Source of the DNA: an uncultured virus (IMG/VR IMGVR_UViG_3300027798_000036)
Lineage: Duplodnaviria > Heunggongvirae > Uroviricota > Caudoviricetes
Virus record (IMG/VR): IMGVR_UViG_3300027798_000036
Reading direction: 5' to 3' (one strand)
Length of the DNA: 64,000 nt
Part shown: one piece after another, positions 28,382 through 38,661 of the stretch
Numbering within the stretch: position 1 is the stretch's first letter
Layout of the letters: every line of letters begins with the position of its first letter
Translations under genes and position numbers: made by a program
Notes under the pieces: model-generated
Databases searched by the model: none
The model's input: the letters and a program-made list of their open reading frames with translations, nothing else
Told to the model about the DNA's origin: nothing

Positions 28382-31300
28382 TTACCTTAGTAATGTAAAA
28401 GTTCCGTTGTATTGAAATACTTTATCTTCAAGTGACGTTACTATCATTTTATATACATATACACCATCTGGTGCAGGTTGTCCTTTATAATTACCATCCC
28501 ATCCTTTTGTAAGGTCGGTTGTTTCATACATTTTTTCACCCCAACGATTAAAGATTAACATTTCATATGTTTTGTTATTAATAACATACGGTCTGAATGT
28601 ATTGTTTTCATTTGGTCCAGCACCATCAGGTGTAAATGCGTCAGGTACAAAGATAATGATATCAGGACCAATAACAACCTTTTTCATTGAAGAATCTTTA
28701 CATCCTTTATCTGTGGTAACAATTAACTTAATCCAATATGTCCCTGTATCCTTTCCAAATACAATGTTTGAGTTCTTAAGTGTATCACTACCAATCTTAT
28801 ATGATTTACCCCAAGTCCAATTGTGTTTCATGTTGGTGACAAATGGATTCTGACTAACACTTGATGTGTTAATAGTTTTGAACTTAGGTAATGCCACCGT
28901 TGTTTTGTACAATGGGTCGGTATTAAACACAACACTTGGTTTTGGATAAACATTAACGGTTTGTGTTATTGTTCTATTACATTGTTTTTTACCTTCTACG
29001 TTTGTAATTGATAAAGTTATTTGGTATTGTCCTTGTGTTGAGAACAAGTAAGGAACTGAACTGTTATTAGTGGAGATACTATTAGTATTTACATACCAAT
29101 TATATGTTAACAAAGAAGGGTTAATTCCTTTTCTTTCGGTGGGTGTAAAAGTGGTATTCAGTGGTTCACATCCATTTTGATATGTAAACATTGGGTCGGG
29201 ATATTGGTGAATATAAACTCTTACGGTATCAAAAGGGTTTGGACATACATTTTTTGCAACACTCCAATCAACTCTAACATCAACATAACCTAACGCAGTA
29301 TCAGTAATTGTTGGGACATACTTTTTATTCATGGTTGGTCCAAATGTTGCCATTGGTGTCCAATTAAATGTTCCACCATTTAAGTATTGGGTATCAATTT
29401 TTAATGTAACTGTGTCAAACTCACATACTTCAATTGGTTTAACAAATTTAACTTTTGGTATATTAACAATTGTGATTTTAGCGTATTCAGTATCTTGACA
29501 GTTATATGGTGTAAGACCAATCATCATCCATTTGTATGGACCTGGTACATAACCTGTTAGAGTTGTTGTTCCGTTGAAGAATCTACCATCAGGATAACTC
29601 ACAATGGTTCCACCTTTATTACTTACAGCTAATGTTAACACATCCAAAGGAATTGCGGATGCACATATTGTAGTATCTCTAACTCTCAAGTCCGATGTAT
29701 CATGAACTATGATATTAAAACTATCTATTTTTACACAACCAAATTGTGAACTTACATATTTTATGTTATACACACCAGGTCCTGTAGATGTTTTGAATAA
29801 TCCTGTAGAAATGTTTGTAGTTACTTTTGGATGACTCCTATCACCATTTACATCTTGAACGTAAATTGTTCCTCCTGTTGGTTTAACACCATTAACGGTT
29901 ATGTAGTCAAACATATTAACATTAATACCTGAGTTCACACAATAATCAGGAATTGTTTTAATAATAACTGTTGGTTCTGCAATTATATTTACGTCAACAG
30001 TATCGGTACTTTGACATCCTGTAACTAAATCTCTAACAATAAGTTTGAATGTGTATTTTCCTTGATATTCATCTTGAAACGATAAACCAAAGTTAAATTT
30101 GATGTTTGGTGTTACACCACCTGAAATGTCATACAATAATTTTGATGTATCAATTCCTGATGGAGCTCTTACCACATCCCATCTCATATAAACACCTGAT
30201 TTGGTTGCTGGTTTAGTTCTTAACACGTCCATCATCATTGACCCAATATCCTGACAAATAGTTTTTGGAACTAATGTAATCATTGGTGTACCATAAATTG
30301 TTTGTGTTGTTGAATCCATGTTGGAACAACTATTTGTGTCTGTGAACTTCACATACATTTTGGTGGTATAATTGTTTCCACCTTGTAATTTACTATTGTC
30401 AAGTAAAGTTGTGTTGAACAAAAATCTTCCATTATAAGGAATATATCCGTAAGTTATATTACCTGATTTTTTTAACTTATCTCCATTCCAAACATCATAC
30501 GTTCCAAGATTATGAGGTTTAACTAAGAATAGTTCCGACCATATACTACCATAAGAATAACATTGAGGTTTTAGTGGTTTTGGACTCCAACTAATTTTTG
30601 GTAATGGTTTAACCCTCACAAACATTGTATCCATATCTTCACAAGAACGTCCATTTTGAGTTAGAACAGTCTTTAATGTAAACATATAGGTTAATTTTGT
30701 TATATCAGATTTTAGCTTATAGGTTGATAAATTACCCAATCCGCCCCAAGTATATGTAGGACTTAATAGTGGTGGTCTATGACTGGCAGTCAAGGTGAAT
30801 GTGTCTTTATCGCATATTGCTTGGTTTAGTCCTGCATTTGTTATTACAGTATCGTTTACAAAAACTGTTGCGGTATCATATTTTACACACTTCCACTTTG
30901 TTTCCATTACCTGTACCCAATAGATGCCTTTTAAATTGGTTTTAAATATTCGTGTTGTATCACCAGTGCTCCACATATATTTAACCGTGTCTGAATTTTG
31001 AGCATCAAATGTAGCAATTTCATAAGTACATATTTGTTGGTCAATTCCAATTCCCACCACTGGTAATGGTTTCTTATAAATTGTAGTTGTATCATAGAAA
31101 ATACATCCATCCCCATCAGTAATTTTTAGACGAACTGTAGAGTCACGATTAATATTAGGAATACTTAAAGTTTGAAAAGTATCTCCTAAAATATGCTCTT
31201 CAGATTTCCAAGCCGCTTTAGACCCTGTATCTTTCACTACTCTGGTCCAATAGTATTTGAATGGTGAATTACCAAACAATATGTTAGCATTTAACTTCAT

Positions 31301-32923
31301 TGTAGTACCAAAACACGCAAAAGTGTCAGCATCAGCCATAACAACCTGAGGTGGATTTGGAATAATAACAGTATCCCTATATATGGTAGGACAGTTATCT
31401 GAGTTGTTTACAGTATGTACAATAATGTATTTTCCACCACGGTAAAATGTCATAGTATCTGATTTTTTTGTACTATAAAATATCTCAGACTTGCCCAAGC
31501 TATCTCTTACACTCCACTTAAATTGAGGAGCACCTTTAAAGGATAAACTAACAGATGCCGCCATGGCGAATTTACCACATTTTAAATTTGTGTATTTGCG
31601 AATACTAAATGCTCGTGGATTTACTTTAACCTTAAAACCACGAATGGCTTGAGAAGGTTTTGGACAGTGTTCATCTGTTACTGTTACCGTGAAAGCATAA
31701 GAAATATCTGACGCCATACCCACAGAAGGTGTCCATTCAAAATAAGCCCATGCTTTTCTTTTTTCGGGCCAATCCTTCCTATTTGCCAAGGTAAACTTAG
31801 CGCCAGGAATACCTTTATTCCATTTTAAATTTGTTGTATCTGGAATTGTTTGATTCGGAGTAAATGTTTCATCATCCGATTCTACCTTGAATTTTAGTGT
31901 TTCACCTTCACAGACTTTCCAATTAAACGGACCTAACAATGTTGGTGCTTTGTTGTAACCACAATCATCTTTCACCCACAATTGCATATCTCTACGTGTT
32001 TTACCAACAATGATATAACTGCCTGTGGCACTGTCTTTTCGCCATTCTGTAATTACAATCACCGCAATTGCAACTTCATCACATTTCGTGGGTGTTAAGA
32101 TAATATCACCAGAACTTGTATCAAAGAATAATCCTCTTGGAGGGTTCAGTCCGGGTTTAGGAGCACAGTTAATTGAAGTTGGTGGAATGCAATATGGCGT
32201 CATGAAATAACGAGGAGTAAATGGCGAAGAATAAGATACAGAATTGTTGGGCAAAGTGTTAATACCATTTGTTAAACTGTATGAAAAAGAATCATAATCA
32301 ACAGTATCAATTGCACCATTATTAAAATAATATGCCTGATTACAACAAAGAAAGGCGATGGGAGCATTACTTAGTGTTGGAGAAGAGTTACACTTGTTTG
32401 TAGTCTTCTTTATATTACAGATGTTAATCATACAGGTAGTATAAAAACCTTGACTGGCGGGTCCAGTAGTAATGGCACCATTTCTACAACACTGTCCAAT
32501 GTAAAATGTCACTTCACAACATGTAGATTTATTGAGATAACCACTTAATGGACTTGTATTAAAATCTACCGTAACTTCATAGGTATGTTCTTCAATTCCC
32601 TCACCAGTACCATAAGTATTTTGAGGAGAACAAGGCGAACTCGCTGTTGAACATCGTGGCGTAACGTCTTTAATTCCCGTTCTGGTAATAGATAAAAGAC
32701 TACTTCCGCATCCATTTCCACCATTGGTTCCTGCAAATACACCAAATTCAGGAGAATTGAATGGGACACCTCTACAATCTCTATAAATTTTTGCTGTGAT
32801 TTTATATTTTCCGTTACCCAAACATTTATAAGACATATCTCCACCCATCATGTGAGTGGATGTGGAAATGTTTGATAACAAAAACGTTAGAATAAAAAGT
32901 AATAATGGTAAAAGTTTTTTCAT
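28382..32923 (-). CDS. large secreted adhesin-like protein with Ig/PKD-like repeats and T9SS type B CTD
   Basis: signal peptide, THMMGGDMSY...YRDC N-terminus; C-terminal FVPDAFTPD...FNRWGE...WDG...DGVYVY...GTFTLLR. Confidence 0.9.
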   Translation of the reverse strand: MKKLLPLLLFILTFLLSNISTSTHMMGGDMSYKCLGNGKYKITAKIYRDCRGVPFNSPEFGVFAGTNGGNGCGSSLLSITRTGIKDVTPRCSTASSPCSPQNTYGTGEGIEEHTYEVTVDFNTSPLSGYLNKSTCCEVTFYIGQCCRNGAITTGPASQGFYTTCMINICNIKKTTNKCNSSPTLSNAPIAFLCCNQAYYFNNGAIDTVDYDSFSYSLTNGINTLPNNSVSYSSPFTPRYFMTPYCIPPTSINCAPKPGLNPPRGLFFDTSSGDIILTPTKCDEVAIAVIVITEWRKDSATGSYIIVGKTRRDMQLWVKDDCGYNKAPTLLGPFNWKVCEGETLKFKVESDDETFTPNQTIPDTTNLKWNKGIPGAKFTLANRKDWPEKRKAWAYFEWTPSVGMASDISYAFTVTVTDEHCPKPSQAIRGFKVKVNPRAFSIRKYTNLKCGKFAMAASVSLSFKGAPQFKWSVRDSLGKSEIFYSTKKSDTMTFYRGGKYIIVHTVNNSDNCPTIYRDTVIIPNPPQVVMADADTFACFGTTMKLNANILFGNSPFKYYWTRVVKDTGSKAAWKSEEHILGDTFQTLSIPNINRDSTVRLKITDGDGCIFYDTTTIYKKPLPVVGIGIDQQICTYEIATFDAQNSDTVKYMWSTGDTTRIFKTNLKGIYWVQVMETKWKCVKYDTATVFVNDTVITNAGLNQAICDKDTFTLTASHRPPLLSPTYTWGGLGNLSTYKLKSDITKLTYMFTLKTVLTQNGRSCEDMDTMFVRVKPLPKISWSPKPLKPQCYSYGSIWSELFLVKPHNLGTYDVWNGDKLKKSGNITYGYIPYNGRFLFNTTLLDNSKLQGGNNYTTKMYVKFTDTNSCSNMDSTTQTIYGTPMITLVPKTICQDIGSMMMDVLRTKPATKSGVYMRWDVVRAPSGIDTSKLLYDISGGVTPNIKFNFGLSFQDEYQGKYTFKLIVRDLVTGCQSTDTVDVNIIAEPTVIIKTIPDYCVNSGINVNMFDYITVNGVKPTGGTIYVQDVNGDRSHPKVTTNISTGLFKTSTGPGVYNIKYVSSQFGCVKIDSFNIIVHDTSDLRVRDTTICASAIPLDVLTLAVSNKGGTIVSYPDGRFFNGTTTLTGYVPGPYKWMMIGLTPYNCQDTEYAKITIVNIPKVKFVKPIEVCEFDTVTLKIDTQYLNGGTFNWTPMATFGPTMNKKYVPTITDTALGYVDVRVDWSVAKNVCPNPFDTVRVYIHQYPDPMFTYQNGCEPLNTTFTPTERKGINPSLLTYNWYVNTNSISTNNSSVPYLFSTQGQYQITLSITNVEGKKQCNRTITQTVNVYPKPSVVFNTDPLYKTTVALPKFKTINTSSVSQNPFVTNMKHNWTWGKSYKIGSDTLKNSNIVFGKDTGTYWIKLIVTTDKGCKDSSMKKVVIGPDIIIFVPDAFTPDGAGPNENNTFRPYVINNKTYEMLIFNRWGEKMYETTDLTKGWDGNYKGQPAPDGVYVYKMIVTSLEDKVFQYNGTFTLLR

Positions 32924-32977
32924 CTCTATAAGTATAGACAATATTAATGATAAAAAGTATTCTTGCTGTAAAAAAAT

Positions 32978-33005
32978 AAAAAACCCCCAACTTTCGCTGA
33001 GGGTT
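32978..33005 (-). terminator. conserved terminator AACCCTCAGCGAAAGTTGGGGGTTTTT
   Basis: identical at 36077-36104 and one substitution at 37955-37983; G-U pairs favour the minus strand. Confidence 0.85.
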
Positions 33006-33030
33006 CTATTATTACTGAGTAGTATTCTTC

Positions 33031-33315
33031 TTAGTAATTTGTTTCTCCTTCGTGTCTTGGGTCTAATTTTTCGTACATGTACGATTTGAACGCTGATGTT
33101 ACACTTTGTTCTGCCTGAGCAATTTTAGAATTCATCCAATCTTCAAGTTCTTCATTTTCTTCCATCGCTTCCCACATTTTGTATGCGGTTACAGCAATTG
33201 TAAACAATTGTTGTTTTGCCATGTAGTTTCCATCAGAACCTTCAGTTGTTTCTGTTTTCATATCCTCAACTAATCTCTTAAGTTGGTCTTCAGTAATCAT
33301 AAAATTTTTACTCAT
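33031..33315 (-). CDS. small protein with ITEDQ leader (MAKQQL...LEDWMNSKIAQA motif)
   Basis: motif recalled from T4-like phage proteins; TATTTAT-N6-ATG. Confidence 0.75.
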   Translation of the reverse strand: MSKNFMITEDQLKRLVEDMKTETTEGSDGNYMAKQQLFTIAVTAYKMWEAMEENEELEDWMNSKIAQAEQSVTSAFKSYMYEKLDPRHEGETNY

Positions 33316-33389
33316 ATTAATATAAATACTTTAAAAGTAAAAAAGGTCAGACGAATCTGACCTTTTATTGGGATTGACCGAATTCTCGG

Positions 33390-33701
33390 TCAATCAGCTC
33401 CACCACCCTCTTTTTTAGGAGAAGGGACTCCTGTAAAGATATTTAAAATATCTTCCACTTCTTCACCTGAACGGTAACTCATAACATCTGCACCACCACA
33501 GAACAGTTTTGTTACGAAATTACCACTACCGTTTTCTATTATAGCAATTTCAAATGTAGTTTCAAAATCACCATAAAGACCTTGTTTACCACCAACAATT
33601 GACACAACATATTTACCAAAATCAAACAAACTTTGATAACCACCAAATTCTTTTAGTTTTTTCCTATCTTGTACGTCTTGTATGGTTAATTTAGTTTTCA
33701 C
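33390..33701 (-). CDS. hypothetical phage protein
   Basis: GLYGDFETTFEIAI; operon context. Confidence 0.7.
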   Translation of the reverse strand: MKTKLTIQDVQDRKKLKEFGGYQSLFDFGKYVVSIVGGKQGLYGDFETTFEIAIIENGSGNFVTKLFCGGADVMSYRSGEEVEDILNIFTGVPSPKKEGGGAD

Positions 33702-34011
33702 GTAATTGTCTTAGTTTAATCCTTAGTAAATCTAAATTGTCTTTATCTCTTTGCGTCTTATTTCGTTTTGATACCAACTCATCAATTAAATCTTCAACCA
33801 TCATAGTTTCACGTTCAAGGGTTAATTCTTTTTGAGTTTTTGCTGGTTCTATATTGGGTTGTTTTTCTTCAAGTTCCCTTTCTATTCTTTTTTTCTCATT
33901 CATATTGTGAATTGTTTTGACAACAATTGCACCTAAAACAACTCCACCAACAAATGGCCAAAATCCACCACGTTTCTGTTCTTTAACAACAACTATTCTT
34001 TCGTATCCCAT
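33691..34011 (-). CDS. membrane-anchored hypothetical protein
   Basis: GGFWPFVGGVVLGAIVV hydrophobic segment. Confidence 0.7.
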   Translation of the reverse strand: MGYERIVVVKEQKRGGFWPFVGGVVLGAIVVKTIHNMNEKKRIERELEEKQPNIEPAKTQKELTLERETMMVEDLIDELVSKRNKTQRDKDNLDLLRIKLRQLREN

Positions 34012-34012
34012 A

Positions 34013-34285
34013 TTATTTAGTAATTAATGCTTCAATTTTAGACTTAACCAACTCGGTCATAGATACCTCAGTTACATTGGTCATAATAACTGAATCTTTC
34101 AAGATACGAAAAGGGATGTGACTCAAGAAGTCTTCACCGTTGAAGAAGTCAAAGTCTGACTTATGAGCAAGACAACCATCCATTAAACGAAGGAACAACT
34201 TGAATTGTTCACCACTTGAAAATGTCTCACTTAATAATACACCCATTGACTCGTGTACAATCTTGATGTTAAATCCCTTATTCAT
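34013..34285 (-). CDS. hypothetical protein
   Basis: TATCTTTG-N4-ATG. Confidence 0.7.
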   Translation of the reverse strand: MNKGFNIKIVHESMGVLLSETFSSGEQFKLFLRLMDGCLAHKSDFDFFNGEDFLSHIPFRILKDSVIMTNVTEVSMTELVKSKIEALITK

Positions 34286-34322
34286 AATACAAAGATACAA
34301 TTAGTTTTTGAATTACCAAACT

Positions 34323-35348
34323 TTATTTTTCAGATAACAAGAATTTATTTGATATTGCTTTGAAAGAAATTGTGTTATCCAAAGAACGAACCACAACACC
34401 TTCACGTTCTGCAAGTTTGTTTAAACGAGATTTGTCTTCAGCCAATTTTACCATCCCTTCAACCGTTTCAGGTAATAAGAATGCTACATCTAAAATTGGT
34501 ACAGATAATAATTCTAACTCATCCAATAAGATTAAGAAGTCATTAATGGTCATTCTTGTTTGTGTATCAATATCAAACCCATTGAAGAAATGAACTGTTT
34601 GTCCTTTGATTTTGTATGGGTTACCTTGGATACCTTCACCAATCAACTCACCTTGTAAACAAATGTTTCCTTTGATTTTGAATTTGTTTTCCAAGTCAAG
34701 TTCACGGGCAACTTTCCAAAAAGTATTTCCTTCAGTTTCAAGTAATTCCAAATTACGAGAACATACACCAAACTCACCCTCATTCATATAAAATGTTGCA
34801 GATGAACCATCCAACTTTTCAGTCATGTAAAACTGATGCTCAGATGTTAGTTTATATTCTTCATACTCCTTAACCAAGTTCTGAACCCTTTCTTCATCTG
34901 TCTTACGTAAGAAAGATGGGAACCCACCTTTTACTTTACCAGATAGTTCGGCAGGAATTGGTGGTTCGTATTTCACAATACCCAACATTTCAGTTACATC
35001 CAAACCTTCAGGTAAATCGTGTCCTGTTGCAAATTGTGTGATTGGAACAACACTGATTGGAAGAATAAGTCCTTGAGATAATTGACCACGAAGTCTAATT
35101 GTCTTCAATCTGAAACCTTCTTGGTCACCCATTTTCTTGTAAGATGATTTACGTAAAAACTCAAACTCTTCCTTGATAGGTAAGAATGAATCAATCTCAC
35201 AATACACCACACTGTTTCCCACTTTATGTTCAACATCTTTGGCCACAACAACATTCCAACCACCTACAATGGCTATTTCAATTTTGTCTGCACCTTCAAT
35301 AGGTCGGATGTCAGTAATTTTTCTAATAGTTGCTAATTTTCTTTCCAT
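34323..35348 (-). CDS. RNA ligase, DRB0094/Rnl2-like family
   Basis: RKLATIRKI..IEGADKIE, KTDEERVQN, TEKLDGSS, GELIG, EGVVV and FKAIS. Confidence 0.92.
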   Translation of the reverse strand: MERKLATIRKITDIRPIEGADKIEIAIVGGWNVVVAKDVEHKVGNSVVYCEIDSFLPIKEEFEFLRKSSYKKMGDQEGFRLKTIRLRGQLSQGLILPISVVPITQFATGHDLPEGLDVTEMLGIVKYEPPIPAELSGKVKGGFPSFLRKTDEERVQNLVKEYEEYKLTSEHQFYMTEKLDGSSATFYMNEGEFGVCSRNLELLETEGNTFWKVARELDLENKFKIKGNICLQGELIGEGIQGNPYKIKGQTVHFFNGFDIDTQTRMTINDFLILLDELELLSVPILDVAFLLPETVEGMVKLAEDKSRLNKLAEREGVVVRSLDNTISFKAISNKFLLSEK

Positions 35349-35352
35349 ATTT

Positions 35353-35535
35353 TTAATCTTTTCCAAAAGTATAACCAATCATAAATCCGTGTATCCAATA
35401 TGTCTTTTCATTGTCATCACCTTGATTATCCATCTCATCCCAAGTTTGTTCCGCCAATTTTTGAACTTTGAACTTTGTGTCCTTTCTTTCTTCTACGGCT
35501 TCGGGACTCAAATCAACTAACGGTTTATTTTTCAT
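35353..35535 (-). CDS. hypothetical protein
   Basis: TATCTTTG-N4-ATG. Confidence 0.6.
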   Translation of the reverse strand: MKNKPLVDLSPEAVEERKDTKFKVQKLAEQTWDEMDNQGDDNEKTYWIHGFMIGYTFGKD

Positions 35536-35583
35536 GAAACAAAGATACAAAAAATATTTCTAATTGACAAGGTATTTATTGAT

Positions 35584-36078
35584 ATGATTGGTATCACACC
35601 TAAAGAAAAAATGTTAGTTAGTGTTTTGGTAAAAATATATTCCAAAGAACAACTTGAGGAGGAACTAAATGATATTTTAGAAACTATTGACAGTTCAAAG
35701 TTAGTTCGTGGAGCCGCAAAGTTAATCGGTATTAATGCAAATGAAATTAGTAGAATTGGATTACAATATCTTAATTATGCCGTTGATAATTACGAAAAAA
35801 TTAAAAACAAAGAATATCCTGAAGATATTGAAAGGGTACAACAAGTTTATTTTTATGCTGATGAAAGTGAAAATGTAGTAATGTTTAGTAGAAAAAGAGT
35901 TAGTATTAATACTTTACCAAAATATATAGACCAAGTTGAGGACCATGTATATAATAATTTTTATGAATACGACCCAGATACTTTAGATGTTGATTACGGT
36001 GATGGTGACCTTATAAGTTTTGAACCTGACAAAGAAATGATAACCATATTGGATATTTCTAATAACGTGTTAAATTAA
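35584..36078 (+). CDS. acidic hypothetical protein
   Basis: TATTTAT-N4-ATG. Confidence 0.75.
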   Translation: MIGITPKEKMLVSVLVKIYSKEQLEEELNDILETIDSSKLVRGAAKLIGINANEISRIGLQYLNYAVDNYEKIKNKEYPEDIERVQQVYFYADESENVVMFSRKRVSINTLPKYIDQVEDHVYNNFYEYDPDTLDVDYGDGDLISFEPDKEMITILDISNNVLN

Positions 36079-36126
36079 AAACCCCCAACTTTCGCTGAGG
36101 GTTTCATTATCAAAGTTTTATTAAGT

Positions 36127-37878
36127 TTATTTAGTTACCACAACTTGGTAAACAATATTGTTATTACCACCTTGTATGTGGAAGAAATACAATCCACTAT
36201 TCAAATCTGATAAGTTTACATTTACAAAGTTATTGCCTGAAATAACACTCATTGTTGTCATTTTTCTAACCATTCTGCCGTTTAAATCCGTCACGAATAC
36301 ATCAGCGTTGAATGATTGTGTTGATGTGAATTCAACTGTATATTCACCGTTTGTTGGGTTAGGATAAGCACTTACTGATTTAACTTTACCAACTACTTTA
36401 ACTTGAGTTACACCATAAAAACCTAAAACACCATATTCAAAGTTTGGTAGTATGTTTAAATCTGCTGGTCTAAAATCAGGTGCTGTAAAGTTATTTGTAT
36501 TAACTAAGAAACCTGGTTTGAAAGTATTTGTATCAATTGTATTATTGTTTATTGAATTACGAATCCAACTATCCAATACGGTTACATTACTACCTGAACT
36601 AACCTCAGCCAAACCTGTATTGGTTGTTCCGACAGGTGCGGATGCTTTAACACCATAGATGTAGTTGTTTCTAAACAAATTATTTTTGTCTGAAATTGTT
36701 TTTGATTTAACACCTGAGTTAACCAATACTGAATCACCATCAAACATCACAAAGTTTCTATAACCCATAAAGATTGAGTTAACAATACTCAAACGAGAGT
36801 TTCTACGAATTCTTATTCCACGTCTGAACGCTCCTTTTTGTGTTATTGATAATTGAGACCAAGTCATACCTGCAGGTATTGGACCAACACAAGTCATGTT
36901 TGAAAATACTGCTGTTGTTAAAGGTAATCTTCCCGAACCTGATGCGTCATTGTCCGACTCAAATGTTTCTGAAGTTGATGCTCCTGATGATGAGTTCCAA
37001 GACAAATCATAGTAAGATGAATCTTTAAAAGAAATACCGAACTGAACTGCTCCACGATATCCAAAGTCAGTATCAAAATCGTCATCAGTTGTTTTGAATG
37101 AAATCAAATGTTTACAATTAACTGTTCCACCAAACCATTCATATGAATCATCACCTGAGAATGATACCTGTACATTATTGATAGTTGTGTTTCTTCCAAC
37201 AGAACAAAATGTTAATCCGTTGATTTCTTTGTTTGGTTCAAATGCAACACCACCAAATTCAATTCTTAAATTATTAATTGAACCGCTGTTGTCATCATCA
37301 TTGATTCCACCGTGTTTTGCTAATGTGTTATCCAAAGCCACGTTATTGAAACCTTCCATTTGAATGTCAGTTCCCTGATTGTTAATTGCTTTACCACACA
37401 ACACTAATCCACCCCAATCCCCTCTGTCACGAGAACCAATTGGTTTTGCTGATGTTAAAACAACTGGATTAGTTACCGTTCCATCAATCTGAATGTAACC
37501 ACCTCTTTCAACAACAATTGTTGCGTATTGTTTTGGTGATGATTGTGAGTTTGATTGTCCACGAATAATTGTACCAGCAGGGATAATTAATTTACCACCG
37601 TTTCTAACCACAACCAAACTACGTAACAAATAAACCTTTGATGGGTCCAATGTAATAGTTGCTGTGATGTTAACTTCACCTGTTGGATTAGTCAAAGTGT
37701 TTGTATCACTTACAGTTCCATAGGTTGTATTTTTAGGGTCCCATTGGGTCCAACTCTTTGTCCAATCTTTTGATGAGTTTGATTCAAGAGCTCCGATGTG
37801 ATTTACTTTCTCAAAGAATTGAGCGTTTGCCGTTAAACACATAACAGCCGATAATAGAATGAATACTATTTTTTTCAT
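36127..37878 (-). CDS. secreted beta-helix-type protein with T9SS type A C-terminal sorting domain
   Basis: signal peptide ANA-Q; GDWGGL...EINGLT...DDSYEWFGG...DDDFDTDFGY; C-terminal AYPNPT...DLNGR...LNSGLYF. Confidence 0.88.
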   Translation of the reverse strand: MKKIVFILLSAVMCLTANAQFFEKVNHIGALESNSSKDWTKSWTQWDPKNTTYGTVSDTNTLTNPTGEVNITATITLDPSKVYLLRSLVVVRNGGKLIIPAGTIIRGQSNSQSSPKQYATIVVERGGYIQIDGTVTNPVVLTSAKPIGSRDRGDWGGLVLCGKAINNQGTDIQMEGFNNVALDNTLAKHGGINDDDNSGSINNLRIEFGGVAFEPNKEINGLTFCSVGRNTTINNVQVSFSGDDSYEWFGGTVNCKHLISFKTTDDDFDTDFGYRGAVQFGISFKDSSYYDLSWNSSSGASTSETFESDNDASGSGRLPLTTAVFSNMTCVGPIPAGMTWSQLSITQKGAFRRGIRIRRNSRLSIVNSIFMGYRNFVMFDGDSVLVNSGVKSKTISDKNNLFRNNYIYGVKASAPVGTTNTGLAEVSSGSNVTVLDSWIRNSINNNTIDTNTFKPGFLVNTNNFTAPDFRPADLNILPNFEYGVLGFYGVTQVKVVGKVKSVSAYPNPTNGEYTVEFTSTQSFNADVFVTDLNGRMVRKMTTMSVISGNNFVNVNLSDLNSGLYFFHIQGGNNNIVYQVVVTK

Positions 37879-38159
37879 ATTTTTTATTTTGTTCCCAATA
37901 AGTAGTAAATTTTGGTCAGATAGTTGTTAATACAATATTAAGGTTAAGTTAAATAAAAAACCCCCAACTTTCGATGAGGGTTTATGTGAATGTCCGTGTA
38001 ATTAAATCTTTAAATAAGTTTTAACAGTTAAGTTTTGTTCCGTTTGACAAGTTGAACTTCTGAGTCTGTTGAGTTCTAATCAGTTTCAATTATCGGTTTT
38101 CAGTTGTGTAAAGTAGGATACCCTACCCAATTTAATCCACTGACAACAAACACAATATC

Positions 38160-38624
38160 TTAATTAGCCAATAGAGTGACTACGTTATGCGTATCCAACT
38201 CAGATTGAAGTGCATCAATCGCTGACTCATAATGTTCAATCATTTGGTCTCTTTGAACCTCAGTAATAACTGTGGTCAGTTGACGGTTTGATACATCACC
38301 GTAACGACTAAGAACAACAGTTCCTTCAGTACAGTTCATATTTTTCAACCACTTAACAAATGATTTGTATTCTGCCATACGGAAAATCTTATCATAAACT
38401 TTTATGTTTGCGGTATGAATTGATGTTTTCAATGAAATCAATTGTTCCATCACATCAATTGCTTGATTCAAACTTTCTTCAGGATTATATGAGCGAACAG
38501 CTCCATTATCCACTGAGTTATACTTTTCAGTTCTTACCATCAAATCGGTTATTTTCTTCGCCAATTTGTTCTTTTCTTTAAGTCCGTCCTTAATAGTCAT
38601 TTTGAGTGCTTCTTTAATGTTCAT
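38160..38624 (-). CDS. DIP1984/DUF6847-like coiled-coil protein
   Basis: MNIKEAL...LKTSIHTAN...IDALQSELDTHN. Confidence 0.65.
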   Translation of the reverse strand: MNIKEALKMTIKDGLKEKNKLAKKITDLMVRTEKYNSVDNGAVRSYNPEESLNQAIDVMEQLISLKTSIHTANIKVYDKIFRMAEYKSFVKWLKNMNCTEGTVVLSRYGDVSNRQLTTVITEVQRDQMIEHYESAIDALQSELDTHNVVTLLAN

Positions 38625-38661
38625 ATGTTAAATTATATTATATATTTTTTGTATTGTCAAA

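Noticed and set aside
24422..32923. Diversity-generating retroelement (template/variable repeat) behind the similar CTD ends
   Set aside because: No reverse transcriptase is in the window, both copies are coding, and the differences are not confined to adenines.
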